This document shows, in pieces, positions 1-10,648 of a DNA stretch of 64,000 nucleotides (position 1 is its first letter; the number at the start of each line of letters is the position of its first letter). Source of the DNA: Azolla caroliniana (lineage: Eukaryota > Plantae > Polypodiophyta). The DNA lies in the NCBI GenBank assembly GCA_043228905.1, contig JBHGNT010000015.1, positions 930,001-994,000 on the forward strand, read 5' to 3'. The translations under genes were made by a program, and so were the position numbers. The notes below the pieces were generated by a model that saw nothing but the letters and a program-made list of their open reading frames with translations, ran no database searches and was not told the origin of the DNA.

Positions 1-683
1 CAACAGAGCTTTTTGGTCAGAGTAGCACAGTTCAGTCATTGGACGATTTCATTCCAAAGTCAGAAAGTGATTTCCTTGAATATGCAGAGCTTGTGGCACA
101 GAAAATAAGGTTATATGAGGTAAAATGTTAAGAAAATATTACTTTTTTGCCTTCATCACAAGCATTGGATTTCTTTGTAGTATGTTGGAAATTCTTGTTT
201 TTCTTTGGACAGAAAAGCTTTCATTACCTTGCATTGCTCAAAACTACGATTCGACATTCCATGACATCCCTAAAAGCCGCAGATGCAAAAGATGTTGCCT
301 CAAGTGTATCAGTGATTGCAAATGAGAAATTGAAAGCCGAGAAGGATGCCGCGGGAAAGAAGAAGACTGGTATGGAATGTATTCATGCAATTCGCATCAC
401 TATCTATATAGACATGAAAAATATGAATTATGCCCATATAGTAGGGATACTTTGGCCAGCAGTATATGATGATTTAATGGAAGTATGAAGGTAGGGTCAA
501 TATTACCCCTAATAGGAAGGGCAAATTCAATATTTTCCGTACTATAAACGATATATAACATGAATCATCATTCTAAAATTTGTTAATGCAGGACCTAAAA
601 AGAAGCAGCTACACCTAGATAAACCAGATGAGGACACTGTCGTGAATGCATATGATGAATTTGATAATGATGATTTCATGTAG
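1..683 (+). CDS. eIF3J: Eukaryotic translation initiation factor 3 subunit J, last three exons (gene starts upstream of the window)
   Basis: Exons <1-119, 213-369 and 592-683 have GT-AG introns in phase. Translation ELFGQ..SLDDFIPKSESDFLEYAELVAQKIRLYE/KSFHYLALLK..KDVASSVSVIANEKLKAEK..GKKKT/GPKKKQL..DEFDNDDFM* matches the plant eIF3j C-terminus (DDFM end). Confidence 0.92.
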
Positions 684-1199
684 ATATGCTTACATGGAAA
701 CTATCTTTATTCAATTGTTGAGAGAACTGAACTCCAATCTAGCTGGAGTTATTGAGAAGCACAGGAGTTCTTATTGCTGCTCTCATTGTATTGCCTAGAG
801 TTTTTTGCTTTTGTTTTCGGAATCGTCGAGGTCAGGTTATAGTGGCTTATTGATTCAGGATGAGTCACTAGATCGATAATGCCAAGTGTAATGGAGCCGG
901 GAGTTAAAGTGGATAGTTGGATTTAATCTTTGGATGTTGTATTCAACATTTAAACATTATAACTCTCTAATCACTGATTTTGGTAATGTCTATGCTCACT
1001 ATTCAAAACATATTGACTTTTTTCTGAGAAATGTATGAGTTTCTTTATGATAGGCCTTTTTGTATCCTTTGTTTGACATTTGTCACTCGTTAATAATTGA
1101 ATAATGGCCCTAATGTTGGAAGGTGCACAACTAACTGATTCAGTTTTGTAGGTGTCAATCACCCTTGAGTTTGTCTGACTAGCAAAGTCACTCACTCAG

Positions 1200-1428
1200 G
1201 AATCTTTCAATCTAATCTCACCAATACACTACCAAACAATTAGAAATATACTTATGAAAGAGAGTTGATCAATTTATTAAATGTGTGGTGATATAGAGAG
1301 AGAGATATGGAGTAGAATCTTTTGTTCTAATCTCACCAATACACTACCAAACAATTAAGAAATATACTTATGAAAGAGAATTAATCAATTTATTAAATGT
1401 GGTGATATAGAGAGATATATATGGAGTA
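1200..1428. repeat. Tandem duplication, 2 x ~115 bp
   Basis: AATCTT..TCTAATCTCACCAATACACTACCAAACAATT..ATGGAGTA occurs at ~1200-1314 and ~1315-1428 with a few indels. Confidence 0.9.
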
Positions 1429-1859
1429 ATAGAGGTGAGAAAATTGGGTTTCAAACCCCCGAGACATAGTGTTAGTAGTGTGTAACAACTTACCACTAGG
1501 GTAAGCTAATTACTATGAGAGAATTTTTTTTGTAGATTCATGGTTTTATAATTTATGATGGACAAATAATGGTTAGCATGATATCATTAGTAGGCACATG
1601 GGGATGATAGAATAGAGTATTAGAGGTATGGGGTTTTCAAAGGCCTAATTTATAATGGCAAGATGTGGTTGAAAGAGGGTGGCATTTCCATCTTTCATTT
1701 AATGTGAAGGTTACTTAAATGGGGTTGGATGAAGAGGAATTGTGTTTATGTAACTTAGATGTACCCCTAGATGAAGTTCATATCAAGATTATGGTCTCGA
1801 GGTTGTGTTGAGGGTGATTTGTTTATCATGTAAACATACGTCATCAACGCCTCAACCTA

Positions 1860-3225
1860 GAAGGTCTTTGTCAGCTTGGCATGTGCTAGCATACTCCAAA
1901 CTCTCTCCATGATGGTTCAATTCATCCTCTCAGCCAACCCATTCAACTCCGGCATCTTCGGCACGGTGTATTCTAGCCGGATACCCTCTGACTGAGAGTA
2001 CCCTTGGTATTCACCGCCATTGTCCGCCTAGACCGCTTTTAGCTTCCGTCCGGTTTCTCTCTCGACTCTTGCTTGGAACTCCTTGAAAACCGACAACACC
2101 TGGTCCTTGGTCTTTAGCACAGAACTCCACAACTTTTGGCTATAATCATTGATGAAGGTCACCAAATATTGTGAACTGGCATGTGACTTTGTGTCCACAT
2201 AGGATACATTTGTATGCACGAGTTCTAGTGTCATCTTCTTCCTCATCAAGGGCTTGGGACCGAAGGAGGCCATATTCTACTTACCAGCCAAGCAATCAGT
2301 GCACTTGTCAAGATGCATAGTCTTTATCTCCGGAATGAGATTATCTATGGCAAGTCTTCGCATCCCCTTCTCACTCATGTGGCACAACCTCTTATGCTAG
2401 AGCCCATGTCTCTTCATTGAAGTTGTTATATAAACTCACGTCTAGAAACACCTAATGTACACCTAATGTACGTTGTGGTCTTCATATGCATAACTTCTAG
2501 GGTCGATACATCGATCTTGTCTAGTTTTTCATCTCCAAACTGCACCGGTAGCCAGAGGTCTCTGCATACCAGCATATCTCTCATCTTCGACTTCCAGATA
2601 TAATAGTTGGTGCCGGTTCCCTTGAACATTCCTTCGAGATGTTCATGCATCGCTCTGATACCAAATTGTTAGAATATGAGACCAACCACAACCAATTCAC
2701 AATCAACAATGAGGAATGACAAGAACACGAAGAACATAAAACAGAAGACAAACACCACCGAGACACAATATCTTTTAACGTGGAAACCTTGAAGAGGAAA
2801 AACCACGGGAGTCCCCAAACTCCGAAACAAGTAACTAAAGTAGGAGGAAATATACAATAAGAAACTCCAAGACAAACTACCTTGAGTTCTTCTTCATCCA
2901 CAAGCGGCTATAGAGTTACAACTCTCACGCTCTCTCCTACACTCAAGTTGCACTCACTCTCAGGATGCAATAGTTACAAAACAACATCATATATATAACT
3001 AATTGCCCTAACTATAGTTATACTCATATACATATATGACAATTTACAAATATAGTCGGCTGTCAGATTCGGTCGATTTGGCTATTAGCCGAATTGGTTA
3101 TCGATTGATTATCGGCCAGTCGATTTTTTCGGCCTCGACCGAGTTAGTTATCGACTGATTCGGCTTAACTCTCCATCCCATCCGACTTGTGTTCCTCCCA
3201 TTCGGAGGGACTAGTTTTCCCAACA
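1860..3225 (-). mobile_element. Truncated, internally deleted Ty1/copia LTR retrotransposon (5' LTR, PBS, gag start, integrase)
   Basis: Minus-strand LTR 3225-2667 (TGTTGG...CTAACA), then PBS TGGTATCAGAGC at 2663-2652 (tRNA-iMet). Gag start NYYIWKSKMRDML follows, then pre-integrase HKRLCHMSEKGM and integrase core [47 protein letters not shown], with stops. No RT or 3' LTR seen. Confidence 0.9.
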
Positions 3226-3229
3226 AAAC

Positions 3230-4200
3230 TGTGTAACCGTATTATTCTCAAGAAGTTACAACGGCAACAACAACTAGGTTACAAAGTTCACTTTAAATAC
3301 AAACGGAACTAAGGGAACCGCCCTTTCCAATATTTACAAATATGGCCTAGACCTAGTCTATCCAACGGGACAATGTGAATACGTCCATTATGTACCCATA
3401 TTCGACATTTTCTCCATCTCTACTTCACCTTTGTGGGGTTTTCAATCTTCTTCTTCACCACGGAGAACTAGTGTGTTGGTGGTTTTTGAAGAAGCAAGTT
3501 TGGTTGTTGCTCTTTGGTCGTGGAAGGGAGCTTCCTTGGCCCAAGGACAATACTTCAACTCTAAGGCATCGTTGTCATTGACTTAGGTGAGGCCTCAATG
3601 ACACCCCTTAGCTTGGATCCACTTCAAAGCTCAACCACCTCGTCTCTTTGTTCTCTTACTTGTTTAACCCCAAAAAAGGGGTCTTTGTAAAAACCTTGTG
3701 TTCATGGTAATTTTGGGTGAACCCATTTTGTAAAGAAACTCTTATTTTCTAACTAATTAGTGAATTTTGGGGCCCACTCTTATGCTTAAGTTGTTAATCC
3801 ATTGTAGTTAGTGATATTCTCATGGGATTAGCAATAATTGCGTGTTAATCACCCCCCAATGTCGACGTCGTCGTGTGTGTGTGTGTGAGGGAGTGAGAAG
3901 TGTTAAATTGTGTCCATTGTTCAAACATTCGCCTCGTTCTAGTTTTTGTGTTGTCTATATATTCACCTCACTCGAGCTCTCACCTCGCTCGAGCATTTTG
4001 CGTCATTTGAATATTTGCCTCATTCAAACATTCGCCTCTCCTCGAGTATTTGCCTTGTCCGAATATTCGCCTCGCTCGAGCATTTGCCTCATCTAAATGT
4101 TTGCCTCGTTCTTGTGTGTTCGTCTCATCTCAAACAATCTCCTTGTAGTCTCGCTCGAGCAGCACACGCACACCCATTTACACGATAACTACATGTTAAT
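3230..4200 (-). mobile_element. Probable second LTR-retrotransposon remnant (3' LTR with polypurine tract and repeat-rich internal 3' region)
   Basis: On the minus strand a G-rich tract (TTGGGGGG, 3859-3852) is followed directly by TG at 3851. Degenerate ATTCGCCTCGCTCGAGCATTTG repeats fill 3925-4160. No coding motif recognised. Confidence 0.4.
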
Positions 4201-4349
4201 TAAAGTCAACTACGTGAATGACGACAGGAGGCAAAACGTCGAATAGGTCTCAAATAGTGCGCCAACGTAAAGGCGACCCATTTTGTGTTGTATTTGGGTA
4301 GTGTATCGCATATTCCCGAGAGTTGGCCAATTAGAGTCTCGAGTCCCAT

Positions 4350-4548
4350 AGTATGAACCATACGTGCATTTGCATTCGAGAATGTATCAATAAATTCAAG
4401 TATGGTAAATACCATACGTTTGTATCCATTATTTATTATAAGGTAAATAGTTTTTGAAAGCTAAGAAAATTAAGGTAGAAAGTGTAAAAGAAAACATTAG
4501 AAGGGTTTGATAGCATACGCATTCGTTTACATTCGTATGAAACGAATG
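4350..4548. repeat. Dispersed non-coding repeat, inverted copy of 29161-29349
   Basis: The reverse complement (CGTTTCATACGAATG..TATAATAAATAA..TATTTACCATAC..TCGAATG..AATGCACGTATG..TTCATAC) aligns by eye with 29161-29349. Confidence 0.75.
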
Positions 4549-4857
4549 TTGTCCAAGGCAATGGAGTATATTACGTATTATGGCCCGAGTCTCTGACTAG
4601 TGTGGTCTCCGGAGGACTCTTTTCTATTGTGAACCCGAAGAAAAGAGAATATATATGTATAATGTATGTTGTATGGGGAAGAAGATACGAAGCATTGTTG
4701 TTGCGTGCGTGCGTGCGTGGCCACGAGGAGGCACGACGCTTGGAAGGGTGCGAAAGAGAAGAAGCGGCAGGACAAAAGAAAGAGGCGGGAACAGACACAA
4801 GACACAGACACAGAGAGAGAGAGAGACACACACACACACAAAGAGAGGCAGCCAGAG

Positions 4858-5739
4858 ATGGAGGAGGAGCAAAGGCAGGTTGGGGCGGTGGAGACAGAAG
4901 AGGAAGGCAGAGGGATGAGGAGAAGCGGAGGCAACAGCCGCCACGCAGATCGCATGGCGGCGATGCAGAAGAACAAGTCGGCGGATCCCGACCATAACAA
5001 CAACAACAGCGATGGCGGCGGCGGCGGCGATTACAGTTACAGCACAGCGAGCGACATGGATCAGGGCGGCGGAGCCAACGAAGGCCATGGAGGAGGAGGA
5101 GGAGGAGGCGATCCGAGATATCATCATCATCATCATGAGAAGCAGCAGGGGAAGAGCAGCAGAAGCAGCATGAGGAATCGGTGGAGGAGGTGGGAGGAGC
5201 AGGAACAGGAGCAGGAACAGGAGGAGCAGGAGGAGGAGGAGGCAGAGATGGGGGGGACTATGGCGGGAGGTGTGCAGCTATGGCGGCCGTCTGCGAATCT
5301 GAGCATAGAGACAGTGAACGCGCTGCCTCACAAGGCGAAGCGATATTACCAGGATATATTGGGGTGGGGGGAGGCCCTACCGGGCTACGCGAGCGCGGCC
5401 CTAGCGATGGGCGGGCACGAGTACGAGCGCCTAGTGTCCAAGTATCGCGCCCACGAACAACACCACCACCACCACCACCACCACCACCGGCATACCAATG
5501 GTATCCTCTGGCAAGCCGCCTATGTCAAGGCCTTCTGTAATAACCTCCGGACTTTCTTGCGAGACTACAACCGTTGGATGCTCCAACATTGGCCCGTCGC
5601 CGTCAACCTCCTCTTCCTCCAACCTTCCTCTCAAGAGACGTTCCACCACCTCGCGCTCACCCTCCGTTATATGAACGATTTCTCCATACCCATCCGCGAG
5701 GCCCTCTACATCTTCAAGAAGATCCGCCGCTCCTGGTAG
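4858..5739 (+). CDS. Intronless protein of unknown function (293 aa): low-complexity G/N/H/E-rich N-half plus helical-looking C-terminal domain
   Basis: GC-rich ORF with in-frame trinucleotide repeats, preceded by a GA/CA-rich 5'UTR-like tract. ATG at 4858 (GAGATGG) and TAG at 5737-5739, followed by an AT-rich 3' region. Confidence 0.7.
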   Translation: MEEEQRQVGAVETEEEGRGMRRSGGNSRHADRMAAMQKNKSADPDHNNNNSDGGGGGDYSYSTASDMDQGGGANEGHGGGGGGGDPRYHHHHHEKQQGKSSRSSMRNRWRRWEEQEQEQEQEEQEEEEAEMGGTMAGGVQLWRPSANLSIETVNALPHKAKRYYQDILGWGEALPGYASAALAMGGHEYERLVSKYRAHEQHHHHHHHHHRHTNGILWQAAYVKAFCNNLRTFLRDYNRWMLQHWPVAVNLLFLQPSSQETFHHLALTLRYMNDFSIPIREALYIFKKIRRSW

Positions 5740-5916
5740 CACCCCCCACAACACACACACATACACATACACATGTCATACACATTACATACTCTACTAA
5801 GTTGTAACTTACACTACCCGAGTCTTCTTCTTCTTTTGTGAGATATTTAAATGTCCTCTTTCGTTGGTTTTGCGCGAATTTGCTACCCCGGAGTTTCTTC
5901 TAACCTCTCTCTCTCT

Positions 5917-6061
5917 CGAAGCTCAGCATTGTGTTCCATTTACATATTTCTAGTAGTGAAATACTTTGAAGCTCGGCATTGTGTTCCATTTACATATTTC
6001 TCCTAGTGAAATACTTCGAAGCTTGGCATTGTGTTCCATTTACATATTCCTACTAGTGAAA
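5917..6061. repeat. Tandem repeat, 3 x 50 bp
   Basis: GAAGCTCAGCATTGTGTTCCATTTACATATTTC..TAGTGAAATACTT starts at 5917, 5967 and 6017. Confidence 0.93.
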
Positions 6062-9000
6062 AACAAAAATGATTGTTTTATACGGTATTCTCAATGTATT
6101 TCCTCCTTACCAAAACTCTCTACCTATGGATTTCGAGCTTTAAACACAAGAAAGACGCCTCCAAACTGCAATACAAATTAATTTCACTAAAGTGGAGGTG
6201 AGCTAGAATATTTTATTTTAGACATCTATCTACTTCTCTTCTTCTTCCTTCATTAAAGTCGAAGTGAACTAGATGATTTTAGACATTTATCTACATGCTT
6301 CCAAGAGTGTTTTCTATGTATTGAAATTGTATTGTGGAAGTAAGGTAAGAGTCACTCTTGGTTTTCTTGATTCACGAGCGAAAAAACCAACTTCGCTCGG
6401 CACAAGTGATGATCCCAATATACATGAAGGCCCCACAATGGACGACCAACTTCTCCATGGAAATGACATGGTAAACTTTGAGATGATTGGTGTGTCGTAC
6501 TCTTTGCACTAACAAAGGAGAAGACTCCCTTGTAATGCTTTCATCAACAAAAGTGATTCCCCTTGTGATGCTTTCAAATGCAAACTCATTAGGTCACGGT
6601 ATTAACATTGAGAGAAACACATTGACATCGTCTCTACTTCTCATAATTTGTTTGCCCCATCCAACCATTACTAACTTAAAACCATACATGCATCCCTTGC
6701 GAATGTTGAATTGTTACATTGTAATATGGTTTGTGCAGTCAAGAGAATTTTGTCAAGCATATAAATTGTGCAAATCAAGAGAAAATTGCCAAGCATATTC
6801 TTCTAATAATGTTCATGAATTCCACATTGGAGGTTTATGGAGAGAAATGAGTTTCTTAAAACTTAGTTCACTACTAGAATGATGATAACATTTACTTATT
6901 TCATCATTGGGTGGATCACCACTTAGTTCATCGTGCTTGCATCACTCCAATCCATGATCACATAATAAACTATAATATTGCTCACTTCATCGTTTTTTTG
7001 CATCATCTCTTATGTTAACATGATCTGAATTTGTATAGACTTCCTTTGGCTTTGTATGTTGTTCTACTCTACTTTCTAAACCTACTCGCATACATCACAC
7101 AATCTCCTCGGTCTTCTCAACAATAGTTATGACTAACCCTTCTTTTGCTGTAATTCTTAGTAACATCTAACTCAATCTTCTTCGCTACGACAATATTTTA
7201 TTGTAATGTTTGGCTAAAAATTGAGTATTATGTTCGATATCACAAGGATAGTACTCTTGTAGTCTACTTCTTTTGATCGAGTTATTAGAATTAAGTTATT
7301 GGAATATCTCTTGCAATTTATATGTTAACATAATTACTAAGTTATGCATGTAATTCTCTAGTGCATCTAGAAAATCCTTGTTTGATTCATACCACTCTGG
7401 TCAAGGCTACTAATCATGCATCTTATATAGATGGCATGAAGTTTATTTTTGGCACCCTACAAAGCATCCAACATACGATGTAACAAATTGCAAGCAATGA
7501 TTAGACAAGCAACAAGTTTCAAGCAATGATGAGATGAGTTCAATGCAATCATAGTGATATAAACGATGATGACATTAGCACTATAGAGCTTGTATCTACA
7601 AAGGTTGAAATTTTCATTACATCTCCATGAACCTCTCATGGACGTACTATCATGAATATTATACATAGTATTGGCTACCAACAAATCTTCAAGTCAGATA
7701 AAATAATAAGCGAGCTACCTATGCATGTCACCAAGATTGTGATGACCAAGATACTTGTTGATACCCAATGTGTGTATTTCTTTGTCAAAGAACGTGAGTT
7801 CTAATTACACATTAACACTACCTAGACATCATATTGCAACTATGAAAACATGCAGGACCACAAGTTTGGAAGAAAAGCATGCTTATGTGGAACTCTTAAG
7901 TCATAATAATTTGATTGTCAATGCTACTTAACATGGCTCATGAAAAACTTCTTTTAAGTTGGTGGAATACTTACCTGTTGAGATATTTGCTCTTATTTTT
8001 TAATATGCATATAAACTTCATACCAATACAAGTTTTTATTGCAGAGTTTTTAACACTTTGAGAAAAAGTTGGGCCCCAAATAGACTCATAGGTTAATCAT
8101 TTGATTTGTATGCAATTGGATGTTAAATATGATCGGCTAGACCGGCTAAACGAATGATGATATTGGGTGTACATTTCTTGTGTGGTTAAGCTCATTATTG
8201 CTTCATCACATTGTTCATATATTGAAAAAAGGTAACTTATTTAAAGCATACGGTCGATCAACATAATGATAATAATTTGAACTAATGCATATATATTAAC
8301 TTAGCGATCTAATAATATCGATTAATTCAACTCTTAATTGAAGCCACAACTAGAAAACTAAATCTCGATTCTTTGCATTGCACCAACATCCCACTTCCAA
8401 ATAAAATTGTTAATTGATAATTAATGGCAATTGACATTCTAAGTCAAGAGAAATTAGTCATAAAGTATTGCAATTAGCAAAAACTCATTCCCAATCCATT
8501 GTAAATTAGTGTTTTAACCGAAAAAAAGTTTAGCTATAGAATTATTCTTAAATTTCATGCAAACATGAGCACAAGTTTGATTGTGAATACACAAAAGTAA
8601 GGAAGCATACTCCATTAAGTTCTTATGAATATAAGCGCATCATGTTGAGTTCTTAGAAAACCACGTGGAGATAATAAGGCTTATTTATATATAAGCTACG
8701 TTTTCTCTTGTGTTTTAAACACTCAAAAGTACTATATTCGTGAAGATGCCAAACATTTTTAAATGGATAAAGCAAAATAATGTTTAACAATCATTCATGC
8801 ACTTATAAGTCAAATATTTAATATATGCATTTTTGCGCTTACACTAGAGGTTCCAAATCTACGAGTCATATTGTCGGCAATAGCTTCATATGAAAGGGGT
8901 GTACCATTTAGATTCCGTGCTTGTTTATTGACGTTACTTGGTGTGCACAAATATCCTATATTTTGTTCAAATTTGACTTTCTATTTTTATTCAATGTGTT

Positions 9001-9355
9001 AAGAAGCTATGGTATAACTTCTTCGTATCTTTTTTAGGGAGGTTGGCCAAAAGTTCATACCTTTTCTAAGACATTGGGGAGTAAAAATGTTAACGTTCTG
9101 GTGGTGCTACCACGAATTGCTATTATTACTTTTATTATGTAACATGATTTTAAGGTGGTGGTGGTGGGGATCTATGACCTTGACATTAGAGACAACCTAA
9201 AGACTATATGCACAATTATGATTTTGTGATTCTAAAATTGGTGGAAAGTTGCGAGAGATCAAATCCAGCTCATTGCTCGATTTTTTTTCTCTCGTAAACT
9301 TTCTTCTCACCATGAGAGGAGTTTGATATGATAATGTCAAGAGCCTCCCACTATG

Positions 9356-9465
9356 GAGCACAAGTGTTGTATGGCCCCATGATTCATATTTTTGGACCCT
9401 ATACAAAGAGCACTAGTGTTGTATGGCCCCATGACTCATATTTTTGGACCCTAGAGAAAGCGCAC
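9356..9465. repeat. Tandem duplication, 2 x ~52 bp
   Basis: GAGCACAAGTGTTGTATGGCCCCATGATTCATATTTTTGGACCCTA is repeated directly with few substitutions. Confidence 0.88.
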
Positions 9466-10419
9466 TTAGAAAAACGAGAAGATTGTTTGTCTTTTCCGAT
9501 TTAGCGATATCTATTAATTAAAATCATGTTGCTTGTGCTCCCCATCCCTTTCAAAACAAAAAACAAAGGCCATGTGACTGCCCCACCCAAGGTTCCTATT
9601 CTGTTGCAGGACGACAAATACTTTTACCTCCACTAGGGGGACATCAAAGTAGCCACATGTGAGTTGAGGGAGGTGATGAGGCCTACATGATCAGGACGCA
9701 TGAACCATCACGAAACGGCACCCTTCGAACCGGCACCGACAAGTGGCAGGGCCACACCACGAGCACAACTACGTGGGTGTCATCAGAATCAGGGGAGGTG
9801 GAACATGTGTCGACATAATCGGAAGCTCGAGCCCTCGGGGAGCGGGCCACCGAAGGGGCCATGGAATGCAGGTACGATTGATTTACCCCACGACTCATTC
9901 CATCTTCTTTAATTTACTTCGTTCATGTTGGTCGTATCAAGCTCCTTGGGCGACATCTCATCGAAGGAAACAGAGCTAACGGGCGGGCAGAGACGTATGG
10001 AGACAAACAACTAGGCCCAAATCTACAAGCTTTCCATAGATTCTTCCTCTAGACATATATATATATATATTAAATATATGTATGTATGTATGTATGTATG
10101 TGTATAATGAAGAAATGGCTTCTTCGCTTCTTTGTGAAGAACGTAATAATAAGAATAATGCATAGGCAATAAATATATGATATGTTTTGGTTTCTGTTCA
10201 TTTCATTGGAAGAAGGGGGGGTGGGGGGGAATTTTGACTTCCTATACATACATACATACATACATTTCATATCGATTCCCTTCTCTGCTCTGCTCTGTTC
10301 CCTGCAGAGCCCGGCATTCTCAATTATTCCATCGCCACCACGAATTTCTTCCTCCTCCTCCTCACACGAATAAAAAACCCTTCTGATCTCTGTGTTTTTC
10401 TTGGAAAAAGCCAGCGCCT

Positions 10420-10612
10420 ATGAACGGCCAACCTCCCAAGAGGCAAAACTCCATCTCCGGGGCTCTTGCCAAACGTGGACCTTCTCTTGTCAGGAAGAAA
10501 CCTCCACCAGAAAATGGCGGCGGCGGTAGCACGTCCGCTGGAGCTTCTGCACAACGCAAGAATACCCCTTTATCTGGTCAGCTGTAAGTAAGAAAAACAG
10601 AATCAAATCACA

Positions 10613-10648
<36 letters not shown>

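Noticed and set aside
4666-4857. N-terminal extension of the 357-aa ORF, and the overlapping minus-strand ORFs
   Set aside because: It runs through GA/CA microsatellites typical of a 5'UTR and starts at a non-ATG codon. The antisense ORFs are shadows of a GC-rich repeat-laden CDS.
5917-6061. CRISPR-like appearance of the 50-bp repeats
   Set aside because: The repeats are head-to-tail with no unique spacers, there are no cas genes, and the context is eukaryotic.
6270-9200. Possible decayed retroelement or DNA transposon sequence
   Set aside because: AT-rich with only ambiguous motif traces; I could not assign a family or boundaries.
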